DNA of 64,000 nt from an uncultured Actinomycetota bacterium (GTDB lineage Bacteria > Actinomycetota > Acidimicrobiia > Acidimicrobiales > RAAP-2): assembly GCA_963835445.1 (NCBI GenBank), contig CAWIFO010000001.1, forward strand, positions 322,225 through 386,224. The letters are read 5' to 3'. A model generated the notes under the pieces. That model saw only the letters and a program-made list of their open reading frames with translations. It had not been told where the DNA came from and made no database searches. Positions 7,547-17,263 of the stretch are shown piece by piece. Within the stretch, counting starts at the first letter, position 1, and each line of letters begins with the position of its first letter. The translations under genes and the position numbers were made by a program.

Positions 7547-10084
7547 ATGATCACGCACCCGGCGACACGACGTGCATGGCGCGCGCGGGGTGTCGGGTCC
7601 CTGCTCCTCCTGCTCCCGCTGTTCGCCGGCGTCGTGGGGACGACCGTGACGGCGTCGCCTGCCCCGGCCGCCCCGGCCGCCTGCCGGCAGCAGGCCGTCC
7701 CTGCCGGGATCTTCGGGATGGTGCACGCCAAGGCGCCGGCCGGTTGCACCGTCCTGGCGCCCCGATCCGCGTCCGGACCGGCTGCCTCCTCCCCGCTGTC
7801 GTCCGGTTACAACGGTGGCAATCCGCCGCTGCTCTCCGGCGGCGGGTCCGTGGTCGGGACGCCGTCGACCACGGGTGAGAACACCGTCCATGCCCTGTTC
7901 TGGGCGCCGGCCGGCTACAGCTTCCCGTCGGGCTACGAGGCCGGCGTCGACACGTACCTGACCGACGTCGCCGCAGCCAGCGGCTCGGCGTCCAACGTCT
8001 ACGCCGTGGCCACGCAGTACACCGACGCGCTGCAGATCGGCACCCCGCACATCCACTACCTCGTCCACGCCGGGGCCCCGGTCGCCATATCGGACGCGTT
8101 CCCGTCGGGCGGCGCATGCACCCCGGATTCGGGGAATGGCGAGAACTACACGGCCTGTCTCACCGACCCCCAGATCCGCGCCGAGATCACCAGCACCCTG
8201 ACGACGGACAGCCTGCCCACCGGCATGGGTGACATCTATCTGGTGGTCCTCCCGCCCCAGGTGGAGACCTGCCTCGGCGCGCTCGACGCGGCCGCGGGCG
8301 GCACCTGCTCCGACACCGCCTATTCGGGGTACTGCGGGTACCACAGTGGCGCCACCGTCGGTTCGGCCATTGCCCTCTACGCGGACATCCCGTATCCGAC
8401 CGCGTACAGCTACACCTGCATCGGATCCGAGTCGCCGAACGGCTCGCCCACCCTCGACTCGGCCCTCAGCCTGATCAGCCACGAGCACAACGAGACGATC
8501 ACCGACCCGACCGGCCTCGGCTGGAGGGACAGTGTCGGCAACGAGAACGGTGACGAGTGCGCCTGGAACTTCGGCACGGCGCTCGGCGGCGGCGCCGGCG
8601 CCCAGTGGAACCAGGTCATCAACGGCGACCACTACGAACTGCAGCAGGAGTTCTCCAACGAGGACTACGCCATGAACCCGGCCGACGGGTGCGCGCTGAC
8701 CCAGGCCGTCCCGACGGTGTCCCTGGCGGTGACCACGGCCTCGCCGGTGCCCGGGTCACCGACCGCCTTCGACGGGTCGGCCTCCTCGGTGGCCAACGTC
8801 CCCAACGGGATCGTCGACTGGAACTGGGACTTCGGCGACGGCACCGTCGGCACGTCGGGTCCCACGCCGACCCACACCTACGCCTCGGCCGGCGTCTTCT
8901 CGATCACGCTCACCGTCGTCGACACGGACGGCTTCACGGCTGCCGCCTCCCGGTCTGTGGCCGTGGGCACGTTGGTGGCGCCGGTCTTCACGGCGGAGTC
9001 GCCCCCGGGCACGGTCTCCCCCGGAGCGTCCTACCGGTACACCTTCGCGGCCAGCGGGAGCCCGGCACCCACGTACTCGTTGACCGGCGCACCAGGCTGG
9101 CTGGGCATCGACGGCGCCACCGGCGCCGTATCGGGCACGCCGCCCGCCGGAACCACGTCGTTCACGTACTCGGTGGCCGCGGCCAACGGCGTCCTCCCGG
9201 GCGCCACCGCCGGTCCGTTCACGGTGGCCGTCCCCCCGGTGGCCGCCCCCCCGGTGACCGCCCCCCCGGTGACCGCCCCCCCGGTGACCGTGAAGCAGGC
9301 GATACCCGACGGCTACTGGCTGGTCGGCTCCGACGGCGGGATCTTCTCCTTCGGGTCGGCGGCCTTCTTCGGCTCGACCGGCAACCTCACCCTGCAGCGC
9401 CCCGTGATGGGGATCTCGCCGACCGCCGACCGCCAGGGCTACTGGCTGGTCGGCTCGGACGGCGGCATCTTCGCCTTCGGTGACGCCGGCTTCTACGGCT
9501 CGCTCCCGGGCCTGGGCTTCGCCCCCGCCGGCTCGGGCGGGCACGCCTTGGCCGCCCCGATCGTGGCGGCGGTCCCGTCCACCGACGACGCCGGCTACTT
9601 CATGGTGGCGTCCGACGGCGGTGTCTTCGCATTCGGGGACGCCCGCTTCGCCGGTTCCTGCCCGGGGATCGGCGGCTGCAGCGGCGCGGCCGTCGCCGTC
9701 ATGCCCGACGCCACCGGGAACGGCTACTGGTTGGTGACGGCGACAGGCAACGTCTACGCCTTCGGCGACGCCCCCTTCCTGGGCGCCCCACCGAGCCGGA
9801 ACGTGGCCGTCACCTCGGCGGTGCGCACCCCGGACGGGGGCGGCTACTGGGTGCTGTACGCCGACGGGCAACTGTCCGCCTTCGGTGACGCAGGCCAGTA
9901 CGGCAACCCACAGGGCGCGCTCGGCGGCGACCGCGCCACCGCGGTGTTCGCCACCGCCGACGGGGCCGGGTACTGGGTGGCCACGGCGGCGGGTGGCGTC
10001 TACAACTACGGCGACGCCACCTCCAACGGCAGCATGGCCGGGACCCACCTGAACGCGCCGGTCATCGCCGCTTCGGGCTGGTAG
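7547..10084 (+). CDS. secreted multidomain protein: unassigned N-domain, PKD-like domain, Ig-like domain, Pro-rich linker, six-fold C-terminal repeat (propeller-like)
   Basis: ATG 7547 sits behind GGGAG. Signal-like RRAWRARGVGSLLLLLPLFAGVVGTTVTASPAPA. PKD-type WNWDFGDGT. GAPGWLGIDGATGAVSGTPP. Six repeats of the type GYWLVGSDGGIFSFGSAAFFGS, GYWLVGSDGGIFAFGDAGFYGS, GYFMVASDGGVFAFGDARFAGS, and so on. Confidence 0.85.
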   Translation: MITHPATRRAWRARGVGSLLLLLPLFAGVVGTTVTASPAPAAPAACRQQAVPAGIFGMVHAKAPAGCTVLAPRSASGPAASSPLSSGYNGGNPPLLSGGGSVVGTPSTTGENTVHALFWAPAGYSFPSGYEAGVDTYLTDVAAASGSASNVYAVATQYTDALQIGTPHIHYLVHAGAPVAISDAFPSGGACTPDSGNGENYTACLTDPQIRAEITSTLTTDSLPTGMGDIYLVVLPPQVETCLGALDAAAGGTCSDTAYSGYCGYHSGATVGSAIALYADIPYPTAYSYTCIGSESPNGSPTLDSALSLISHEHNETITDPTGLGWRDSVGNENGDECAWNFGTALGGGAGAQWNQVINGDHYELQQEFSNEDYAMNPADGCALTQAVPTVSLAVTTASPVPGSPTAFDGSASSVANVPNGIVDWNWDFGDGTVGTSGPTPTHTYASAGVFSITLTVVDTDGFTAAASRSVAVGTLVAPVFTAESPPGTVSPGASYRYTFAASGSPAPTYSLTGAPGWLGIDGATGAVSGTPPAGTTSFTYSVAAANGVLPGATAGPFTVAVPPVAAPPVTAPPVTAPPVTVKQAIPDGYWLVGSDGGIFSFGSAAFFGSTGNLTLQRPVMGISPTADRQGYWLVGSDGGIFAFGDAGFYGSLPGLGFAPAGSGGHALAAPIVAAVPSTDDAGYFMVASDGGVFAFGDARFAGSCPGIGGCSGAAVAVMPDATGNGYWLVTATGNVYAFGDAPFLGAPPSRNVAVTSAVRTPDGGGYWVLYADGQLSAFGDAGQYGNPQGALGGDRATAVFATADGAGYWVATAAGGVYNYGDATSNGSMAGTHLNAPVIAASGW
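9231..9290 (+). repeat. 4 x 15-bp in-frame tandem repeat (C6-7 GGTG[GA]CCG) encoding PPVA/PPVT linker
   Basis: Units at 9231-9245, 9246-9260, 9261-9275 and 9276-9290. Lies inside the 7547..10084 CDS. Confidence 0.9.
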
Positions 10085-10127
10085 CCCCCTCCCCTCCGCC
10101 CGTTCGGTCCGGCCCGACGATCGTGCG

Positions 10128-11051
10128 TCAGTCGCGCCGGCGAGGTTCGGAGTGGTCCCAGTCGGCCAGCAGGGCGCGCAGCGCGGTCAACAGGATGAGC
10201 GGCTGGTCGAGCATGGCGTGGTGTCCCGCCTCGGGGAGTTCGAGCACCGGTGTCACCCGTCCCAGCTCGTCGTACATGAAGCGGCCGATGTCCCGGGTGA
10301 CCAGGCCGTGTTCGGACCGCAGCAGCGCGAGCCGGCACCGGACCCGGGACAGGTAGGGCAGGGCGACACTCCGCATCCCTCCGCCGAACTGGGCGAATAC
10401 GTCCCGGTCGAACTTCCACTGGTAGCCGCCGTCGGTGGGCCGCACCGACCGGTGGGCGACGTGGTCCATGACGTAGTCGAGGTAGTGGTCCTGGGCCGGC
10501 ACGGTGCGGAAGTGCGCGAATGCGTCCTCGAGCGTCGGGTACACCCGGGGGCGGCCGAACGCCTCCTTCAGCCGGTACGAGGCGATCTCGGGGTCGGGCT
10601 CGGTCACCGGCGAGTCGCACACGATGGCGCCGCTGACCTTGTCGGCATGCCGGGCGGCGGTCCCGATGGTCACGAACCCGCCCATCGAGTGGCCGATCAC
10701 CACGGGGGGCCCGGCGATGGCCCCGGCCTCGGCCACCGCCACGACCTCGTCGGTCCACCGCTCGAGCGAGTACGACGTCCGGTGTCCGCTGTCGCCGTGA
10801 CCGGACAGGTCGATGCACACCACCCTGAACTCGTCGCTGAACGTGGCGGCCACGTGCGTCCACCAGTGGGCGTGGGCCCCGCCGCCATGGACGAACACGA
10901 GGCCACGGGTTCCGGGCCGACCGAAGGTCAGGGCGTGGACGGCACACCCGTCGACGTCGACCACGAGGTCGCCCCTGGGTACGGACAGGGCCCGCACGAA
11001 CCAGGACGGGGCGCCGGGAATCGGGGTGTAGCCAGGGGATCCGTCGGTCAC
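10128..11051 (-). CDS. alpha/beta-fold hydrolase
   Basis: VIGHSMGGF nucleophile elbow and VFVHGGGAHAHWW. GTG 11051 overlaps the stop of the upstream gene (GTGA). The long N-terminal extension of ORF 10128..11972 is antisense-type Arg/Pro/Gly sequence. Confidence 0.8.
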   Translation of the reverse strand: MTDGSPGYTPIPGAPSWFVRALSVPRGDLVVDVDGCAVHALTFGRPGTRGLVFVHGGGAHAHWWTHVAATFSDEFRVVCIDLSGHGDSGHRTSYSLERWTDEVVAVAEAGAIAGPPVVIGHSMGGFVTIGTAARHADKVSGAIVCDSPVTEPDPEIASYRLKEAFGRPRVYPTLEDAFAHFRTVPAQDHYLDYVMDHVAHRSVRPTDGGYQWKFDRDVFAQFGGGMRSVALPYLSRVRCRLALLRSEHGLVTRDIGRFMYDELGRVTPVLELPEAGHHAMLDQPLILLTALRALLADWDHSEPRRRD

Positions 11052-12040
11052 GGGTGGTGCTCCTTGATGGCGTCGGTCACGTCGTGCTCGAGGGGCTCGC
11101 CGGCCAGGTAGCGCTCGAGGTTGGCGTCGAAGAGCTCGGCCTGGCGCCCGAACCGGCCGAAGCCACCTGCCGCGTTGTGCGGTGTGACCCGGACCCGGGG
11201 ATGCGTCCAGAACGGGTGGTCGGGCGGCAACGGCTCGGTGGCGAAGACGTCGAGGACGGCCGCCTCCGGGGTGCCGGTGCCGAGTGCGGCCAGCAACGCC
11301 GGCTCGTCGACGAGCGACCCGCGACCCACGTTGACGAGCAGGCTGTGCGGCTTCATGGCGGCCAGGAACCCGGCGTCGACCAGGCGGTCGGTCGTCGGGC
11401 CGGCCGGTGCCGACAGGACGACCACGTCGGCCTCGCCCACCACGTCGACGAGCTCGTCCGGGGTGATCGTGCGGTCGGCCGGGTCGTCCGGCGACGGGTG
11501 GCGCCGACAGCCGATCACGTGGGCGCCGAGCGCCCGGGCCCGGACGGCCACCGCGCCGCCGATGTGGCCCAGGCCCACGACCAGCCAGGTCGTGCCCGAC
11601 ACCTCCCGCCAGTCGTGGATGCGCCACGAGAGCTCGTCCTGCTGACGTCGCCAGACCTCGGCCCCCTGGAACTCGTCGAGGACCGAACGCAGTACGAACT
11701 CGGCGATCGGCAGACTGTTGACGTGGGCGTTGCAGACCCGTACCCCGTGCCGGGCCATGAGGCGGAACGGCTCGGCGTCGTATCCGGCGGCCGGCGACTG
11801 GAACCACCGCAGCGACGGGCAGTCCGTCAGGAAGCGGAAGAAGGCGCCCACCGGTGCGCCCTCGCGGAACAGGTCGGAGGTGCCCCAGGCGACCTCGGGG
11901 CGGGCCTCCGGCCACGGGACGACTGCGCCCGACCCGTCGACCAGGCTTCCGTCGGTCTCCATGGTCATCCACTCGAGTCCGGGACGGGCGAGCCGGCCGC
12001 CGAAGATGCCGTGGGCCACCGAGGTGCAGAGGATGAGCAT
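11048..12040 (-). CDS. D-isomer-specific 2-hydroxyacid dehydrogenase family protein
   Basis: NAD-binding VVGLGHIGGAVA, then NVGRGSLVDE and VTPHNAG motifs. Start taken at MLILCTS (12040); ORF opens at 12139. Confidence 0.8.
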   Translation of the reverse strand: MLILCTSVAHGIFGGRLARPGLEWMTMETDGSLVDGSGAVVPWPEARPEVAWGTSDLFREGAPVGAFFRFLTDCPSLRWFQSPAAGYDAEPFRLMARHGVRVCNAHVNSLPIAEFVLRSVLDEFQGAEVWRRQQDELSWRIHDWREVSGTTWLVVGLGHIGGAVAVRARALGAHVIGCRRHPSPDDPADRTITPDELVDVVGEADVVVLSAPAGPTTDRLVDAGFLAAMKPHSLLVNVGRGSLVDEPALLAALGTGTPEAAVLDVFATEPLPPDHPFWTHPRVRVTPHNAAGGFGRFGRQAELFDANLERYLAGEPLEHDVTDAIKEHHP

Positions 12041-12129
12041 GGCCCGCTCATCTTGCCAGGCACCGGGCTTCCGGTCCCCGGAGGGCGGGCACCTGCGGTC
12101 ACGGGCCCCGTCTCCGGTGCACGGGGCGG

Positions 12130-12957
12130 ATGCGGGCACACGGTGGTAGCAAGGTGGACGTGATCACCACCGAACGCCATGGCCCCGTGGCCCTCGTCGT
12201 CCTCGACCGACCTGAGGCCCGCAACGCGCTGACCGCCGCCATGATCGGCGGACTGGCGACCGCCCTGGCCGAGGCGGACGCCGATCCCGAGGTCGCCGTG
12301 GTCGTGCTGACGGGCCGGGACCCGGCGTTCTGCGCCGGCCTCGACCTGAAGGACCTGGCCCGCACCTACCGGGACGTGGCCGAGGCCCCCGGGGGCGACG
12401 GGGACCCGGGCGACGACGGGGCGCCCCGGATCCACCGTGGGCTCACCCCCGCGACCACCAAGCCCCGGATCGGCGCCGTCAACGGGCCGGCGGTCACCGG
12501 CGGGCTCGAGCTCGCCCTCGGCTGCGACTTCCTCATCGCCTCGGAGCGGGCCACCTTCGCCGACACCCACGCCCGGGTCGGCGTCATGCCCGCCGGGGGC
12601 ATGACCATCCGTCTGCCCCAGCTCATCGGGGTCAACCGGGCCCGTCAACTGTCGCTGACCGGGAACTTCGTCGACGCGGCGACCGCCTGCGCCTGGGGGC
12701 TGGTCAACGAGGTCGTCCCCCACGACGAACTGCTGGCCCGGTCGTTCGAGCTGGCCGGTGCCATCGCCGAGTCGGACCCGACGGCGGTCTCCGAGCTGCG
12801 GGCCATGTACGAGGCGCTCGGCCACCGGGGGGACGAGCAGGCCTACCGGGACGAGGCCCGGTGGTCGCGTCGGTGGATGGGCGAGCGGTTCGACGCGGCT
12901 GCCTTCGAGGCCAGACGCGACGCGATCATCGAGCGGGGGTCGACCCAGCAGCGCTGA
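12130..12957 (+). CDS. enoyl-CoA hydratase/isomerase (crotonase) family protein
   Basis: VVLTGRDPAFCAGLDLKDL and AVNGPAVTGGLELALGCDF. An alternative GTG start lies near 12154. Confidence 0.85.
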   Translation: MRAHGGSKVDVITTERHGPVALVVLDRPEARNALTAAMIGGLATALAEADADPEVAVVVLTGRDPAFCAGLDLKDLARTYRDVAEAPGGDGDPGDDGAPRIHRGLTPATTKPRIGAVNGPAVTGGLELALGCDFLIASERATFADTHARVGVMPAGGMTIRLPQLIGVNRARQLSLTGNFVDAATACAWGLVNEVVPHDELLARSFELAGAIAESDPTAVSELRAMYEALGHRGDEQAYRDEARWSRRWMGERFDAAAFEARRDAIIERGSTQQR

Positions 12958-12968
12958 CCCCGGACGGC

Positions 12969-13238
12969 TCAGCCGGGCGTGATGCCGGCGCCCTTCAGCA
13001 TCCGGCGCAGGTCCACGACCATCTGGGTGTCGATGTCCGGCCCCCGCGGGGTGTCGAACGTCTGGGTCTCGGGGCCGAGGGTGATCTTGTAGCGGCCCTC
13101 CTTGACGTCGTCGACGTCCGCCACTGCCTCGAGCAGCGACAGCACGTCGTGCCACTGGATGTTGTGGCTCGTGGGGTGGGTGAAGAGCTTGTCCACCGTC
13201 TTGCGGTGGTGCGCGTCGAGCTTGATCCCGTCGGTCAT
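12969..13238 (-). CDS. small conserved hypothetical protein (89 aa)
   Basis: GGAGG lies 7 nt before ATG 13238. MTDGIKLDAHHRKTVDKLFTHPTSHNIQWHDVLSLLEAV. No family assigned. Confidence 0.5.
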   Translation of the reverse strand: MTDGIKLDAHHRKTVDKLFTHPTSHNIQWHDVLSLLEAVADVDDVKEGRYKITLGPETQTFDTPRGPDIDTQMVVDLRRMLKGAGITPG

Positions 13239-13357
13239 TCCGGCCTCCATCGTGTCGGCTGTCTGCCGGGGACCCATCGTAGGTGAGCCGGTGGGTGCCA
13301 CCCGTTCGCCCGACCTGTCCCGGGCCACGCCGCCAACAGCGGACCCGTCGTGCGAAC

Positions 13358-13810
13358 ATGGCGCCCATGACCGACCGCACGACGTCCGATTCCGCCACGT
13401 CCAACAAGGCCCGGGTCCAGGAGTTCTGGGCCACCCTCTATTCCCGGGACTGGGACGGGATCGCCTCGTTCTTCACGGCCGACAGCGAGTACACCGATGT
13501 GCCCTCCCCGGCCGACGACGTCGCCCGGGGCCCCGAGCAGGTGGTCGCCCGCCTGAAGCTGGGCCTGGAGAAGATCTCCGGCTACGAGCACCAACTGCGG
13601 CTGATGGTCGCCGAGGGCGACACCGTGGTCACCGAGCACGCCGAGACGTGGCGGTGGCACACCGGCGAGGAGGTCACCCTCCCGTTCGTGTCGGTCCAGG
13701 AGCTGTCGGACGGCTCGATCGTCCGGTGGTGGGACTACTGGGACCTGTCGACGCTCATGAACTCGGCGCCGGCGTGGTGGATCGAGGAGATCGCCGCCGG
13801 CTACCTCTGA
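13358..13810 (+). CDS. SnoaL/NTF2-like protein, limonene-1,2-epoxide-hydrolase-like
   Basis: [23 protein letters not shown] and [16 protein letters not shown] 13358. The 3' end overlaps the convergent ADH gene by 10 nt. Confidence 0.7.
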   Translation: MAPMTDRTTSDSATSNKARVQEFWATLYSRDWDGIASFFTADSEYTDVPSPADDVARGPEQVVARLKLGLEKISGYEHQLRLMVAEGDTVVTEHAETWRWHTGEEVTLPFVSVQELSDGSIVRWWDYWDLSTLMNSAPAWWIEEIAAGYL

Positions 13811-14919
13811 TCCGCCCGCACGCCTCCGGCGGGGTCGAGGACCACGACGGAACGCAGCACCTCACCGCGCTCCATGCGGTGGAACGCCTCCTCGACGTCC
13901 TCGAGCCCGATGGTCTCGCTGACGAACCGATCGAGGTCGAGGCGGCCCTGCAGGTAGAGGTCGACGAGCATCGGGAAGTCCCGACTGGGCAGGCAGTCCC
14001 CGTACCAGGACGGCAGGAGCCGACCTCCCCGGCCGAAGAAGTCGATCATCGGCAGGTCGATCCGCATGTCGGGTGTGGGCACCCCCACCTGCACCACGGT
14101 GCCGGCCAGGTCCCGGGCGTAGAACGCCTGCTCCAGCACCTTCGGGTTCCCCACCGCCTCGATGCAGACGTCCGCCCCGTTGCCGCCGGTGAGCGCCTGC
14201 ACGGCCGCCACCGCGTCCTCGGTCGAGGCGTCGACCACGGCGGTGGCGCCGAACTGGCGGGCGAGCTCGAGCTTGCGGGGGTCGAGGTCCACGGCGATGA
14301 CCGTCGACGCCCCGGCCAGGACGGCGCCCGCCACCGCGGCGCAGCCCACCCCACCGCACCCGAAGACGGCCACCGAGTCACCCGCGCCGACCTCGCCGGT
14401 CAGCAGGGCCGACCCGAGCCCGGCCATCACCCCGCAGCCCAGCAGACCGACGGCCTCCGGCCGGGCCGAGGGGTCGACCTTGGTGCACTGCCCGGCGGCC
14501 ACGAGGGTCTTGTCGGCGAAGGCCCCGATCCCGAGCGCGGGGGTCAGCGGGGTCCCGTCGGCCAGTGTCATCGGCCGGGTCGCGTTGTGGGTGGCGAAGC
14601 AGTACTGGGGCCGGCCCCGGCGGCACGACCGGCACTCGCCACAGACGGCCCGCCAGTTGAGGACCACGAAGTCGCCCGGAGCGACGGAGGTCACGTCGGG
14701 CCCCACGGCTTCGACCACGCCGGCCGCCTCGTGGCCGAGCAGGAAGGGGAATTCGTCGTTGATGCCGCCCTCCCGGTAGTGGAGGTCCGTGTGGCACACC
14801 CCGCAGGCCTGGACCGCCACCACGGCCTCGCCCGGACCCGGGTCGGGGACCACGATGGTCATGACCCGGACGGGTTCGCCCACGGCCGTCGCCACCACAC
14901 CTCGGACCTCCGATGCCAT
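13801..14919 (-). CDS. zinc-dependent alcohol dehydrogenase, class III / mycothiol-dependent formaldehyde dehydrogenase-like
   Basis: [31 protein letters not shown] and Rossmann [15 protein letters not shown] 14919 sits behind AGGAG. Confidence 0.9.
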   Translation of the reverse strand: MASEVRGVVATAVGEPVRVMTIVVPDPGPGEAVVAVQACGVCHTDLHYREGGINDEFPFLLGHEAAGVVEAVGPDVTSVAPGDFVVLNWRAVCGECRSCRRGRPQYCFATHNATRPMTLADGTPLTPALGIGAFADKTLVAAGQCTKVDPSARPEAVGLLGCGVMAGLGSALLTGEVGAGDSVAVFGCGGVGCAAVAGAVLAGASTVIAVDLDPRKLELARQFGATAVVDASTEDAVAAVQALTGGNGADVCIEAVGNPKVLEQAFYARDLAGTVVQVGVPTPDMRIDLPMIDFFGRGGRLLPSWYGDCLPSRDFPMLVDLYLQGRLDLDRFVSETIGLEDVEEAFHRMERGEVLRSVVVLDPAGGVRADQR

Positions 14920-14989
14920 GTGCCACTCCTGTCTGTCGCCGGGTCGGGCCGGCCACAGTGTGGCACGGCGGGCCACCCGGATGACCGGG

Positions 14990-15009
14990 GGATCCGGCGT
15001 GCCGGATCC
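14990..15009. promoter_or_regulatory. perfect inverted repeat GGATCCGGC-GT-GCCGGATCC in the ADH/TetR divergent intergenic region (candidate operator or hairpin)
   Basis: 9+9 nt palindrome read from the sequence. A second smaller one, CCACA-G-TGTGG, lies at about 14952-14962. Confidence 0.3.
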
Positions 15010-15102
15010 CGGCCCGGGCTCCAACCGGGTCCCCCGCACGACCTCCTGGTACCGTGACACGGCGGGCCGTCGGCGGACGTCCGCAGGCGGGGACCGACTG
15101 CG

Positions 15103-15789
15103 GTGCCGCCTCGGCCGTACGGGAGAACGGGGTTCGTGGTGGACGACGGCACAGGTGGGGAAGCGAGTGTCGGGCAGGGCGACACCCGCCGTCGGGAGAT
15201 GCTCCGGTCCGCCCTCGACGTGATCGCCGAGCGTGGCTTCGCCGACACCAGGATCGCCGACGTGGCCGACCGTGCCGGCACCAGCCCGGCGCTGGTCATC
15301 TACTACTTCCAGACCAAGGACAACCTGCTCACCGAAGCCGTACGCCTGGCCGAGGACCTCTGGTACGACTGCGGCTACCGGCGCATGGCCGCCGTCACCG
15401 GGGCACCCGCCCGCCTCGAGGAGCTGATCAACGCCAGCCTCTCGCCGCCGGCCGAGGTGGGCTTCCCCGACCTCGGGGCGCTGTGGGTCGACCTGTGGGC
15501 CCGCTCGCTCCGTCACGCCGAGGTGGCCCGGGTCCGCGAGGAGTTCGACGCCCGCTGGCGTCGGGTCATCGCCGACGCCGTCGCCGAGGGCCAGGCCGCC
15601 GGTGAGTTCGCCGACGTCGCTCCCGACGAGTTCGCCGCGGCGCTGTCGGCCCTGCTCGACGGGCTCACCGTACAGCTCGTCCTGGGCGATCCGGCGCTCG
15701 AACTGTCGACCGCCGTCCGCATCTCCATGGATTTCGCCGCCGGCGTGCTGGGATTCAGCTGGGCGCCGGCGTCCTCGGCGTTCGCCTGA
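15103..15789 (+). CDS. TetR family transcriptional regulator
   Basis: [34 protein letters not shown]. Start uncertain (GTG 15103 or GTG 15136). Confidence 0.85.
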   Translation: MPPRPYGRTGFVVDDGTGGEASVGQGDTRRREMLRSALDVIAERGFADTRIADVADRAGTSPALVIYYFQTKDNLLTEAVRLAEDLWYDCGYRRMAAVTGAPARLEELINASLSPPAEVGFPDLGALWVDLWARSLRHAEVARVREEFDARWRRVIADAVAEGQAAGEFADVAPDEFAAALSALLDGLTVQLVLGDPALELSTAVRISMDFAAGVLGFSWAPASSAFA

Positions 15790-15804
15790 CGGCCGGGCGC
15801 GCGG

Positions 15805-17169
15805 TCAGGCGGTGGTGGCCAGGATGTCGGCGACCAGCTCGAGGGTGGTGTCCGGGTGGAGGAGCGCCAGCCGCCCGACCGGCTCGCCCTCCCAGGTGGT
15901 GTGCACCACGAAGCCGATCTGCTCGGCCAGCAGCCGGTCCGACCACGCCTCGTAGTCGGCCTTGTCCCAACCCGTCCGACGGAACAGCACCACCGACAGC
16001 TCGGGTCGTCGGATGAGCTCGAGGTGGGGGGTGGACTCGATCAGGTCGGCCACCTCCTGGGTCACGGCCAGGACCGTCTCGACCGCGTCCCGGTAGGCGT
16101 CCGTCCCGTTGACGGCCAGCGAGAACCAGAGGGGCATGCCACGGGCCCGGCGGGTGAGGTGGAACGCGTAGTCGCTCGGGTTCCACTCCTCGGGGGCGTC
16201 GGTGTGGAGGACCTCCAGGTACGAGGCGTCCTGGGAGTGCACGGCCTTGGCCAGGCGCGGCTCGCGGTAGAGGAGTGCGGCGCAGTCGAACGGAGCGAAC
16301 AGCCATTTGTGGGGGTCGACGACGAACGAGTCGACTCGCTCGATCCCACGGAACCGCTCGCGCGCCGACGGGGCGAACAGGGCAGCGGCACCGTAGGCGC
16401 CGTCCACGTGGAACCAGAGTCTGCGCTCCTCGGCCACGTCGGCCACGCCGTCGAGGTCGTCGATGATCCCGGCGTTGGTGGTGCCGCCGGTGGCCACCAC
16501 GGCGATGACGTCGTCGCCCCGGGGGTGGGTGGCCAGCGCCGCCCGCAGGGCGCGGCCGGTCAGGCGGTGGTCCTCGACCGGCACCAGGAGGGGCTCCACG
16601 CCCAGCACGTGGAGGGCCTTGCCCACCGAGGAGTGGGCCTCCTCGCTGATCGCCACCACCGGGCGCTCCGGCAGGAGGTCACCCATCCGGTAGGCCGCCG
16701 TGTCCCGCCCGACCATCAGGCCGGAAAGGTTGCCGGCCGACCCGCCGGCCACGAAGCAGCCGCCCGCGCCCTCGGGCAGCCCCGCCAGGTCTGCCAGGAC
16801 CCGGAGTGCCTGGTTCTCGGCGGCGACCGGGCCGGCCGCTTCGATCCATGACGTGCCGTGGAGCGACGAGCAGGCGACCACCATGTCGAACAGGAGTGCG
16901 GCCTTGGTGGGGGCCGCGGGGATGAATGCCAGGAACTTCGGGCTGTCACAGGAGACCACGGCGGTGGCCAGGGTCTTGTCGAACAGTTCCATGACGACGG
17001 CCGGGTCGACGCCGCCCTCGGTCATGAGCCCCTCGAGGCTGGCGGCCAGCGACTGGTCGACCGCACCGCCGAAGTCGAGCGGGACCGGGTCGAGGGAGAG
17101 CCGCCACCGGCAGTAGTCGAAGATGAGGTCGGTCAGCTTCTCGTCGTAGACGAACATCGGGTTGCGCAT
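15805..17169 (-). CDS. pyridoxal-dependent (group II) amino-acid decarboxylase
   Basis: CFVAGGSAGNLSGLM, WFHVDGAYGAAALF and PLP-lysine motif SFVVDPHKWLFAP. Start MRNPMFVYD at 17169 (alternative ATG at 17190). Confidence 0.85.
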   Translation of the reverse strand: MRNPMFVYDEKLTDLIFDYCRWRLSLDPVPLDFGGAVDQSLAASLEGLMTEGGVDPAVVMELFDKTLATAVVSCDSPKFLAFIPAAPTKAALLFDMVVACSSLHGTSWIEAAGPVAAENQALRVLADLAGLPEGAGGCFVAGGSAGNLSGLMVGRDTAAYRMGDLLPERPVVAISEEAHSSVGKALHVLGVEPLLVPVEDHRLTGRALRAALATHPRGDDVIAVVATGGTTNAGIIDDLDGVADVAEERRLWFHVDGAYGAAALFAPSARERFRGIERVDSFVVDPHKWLFAPFDCAALLYREPRLAKAVHSQDASYLEVLHTDAPEEWNPSDYAFHLTRRARGMPLWFSLAVNGTDAYRDAVETVLAVTQEVADLIESTPHLELIRRPELSVVLFRRTGWDKADYEAWSDRLLAEQIGFVVHTTWEGEPVGRLALLHPDTTLELVADILATTA

Positions 17170-17263
17170 GGGGGTCCGTTCTGATCGCATCGGCGCCCCA
17201 TGTTCGCAGACGGCAACCGGAGATCCCCCCGTCACCGGGAGCGGACCGCTCAGGCGGGACGGG

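Noticed and set aside
5639-8632. 997-codon ORF on the minus strand. Similar giants occur at 32837..35389 (-), 35661..38528 (-), 43530..45914 (+), 53913..56618 (+), 56654..58822 (-), 19343..20932 (-) and 49037..50683 (-).
   Set aside because: The translations are Arg/Gly/Pro/His-dominated with no recognisable motifs. Each lies antisense or out of frame to a gene with clear family signatures. This is the expected artefact of stop-codon scarcity in high-GC DNA.
9231-9290. Short tandem repeats (also 22701-22775) considered as a possible CRISPR or minisatellite locus
   Set aside because: The units are 15 bp with no spacers, are in frame and lie inside CDSs. They encode PPVT and KKAT peptide repeats. 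No CRISPR-like repeat-spacer architecture exists anywhere in the window.
13801-13810. 10-nt overlap of the convergent SnoaL-like and ADH genes as a regulatory antisense arrangement
   Set aside because: Short 3' overlaps of convergent genes are common in compact high-GC genomes. Nothing else supports a special mechanism.
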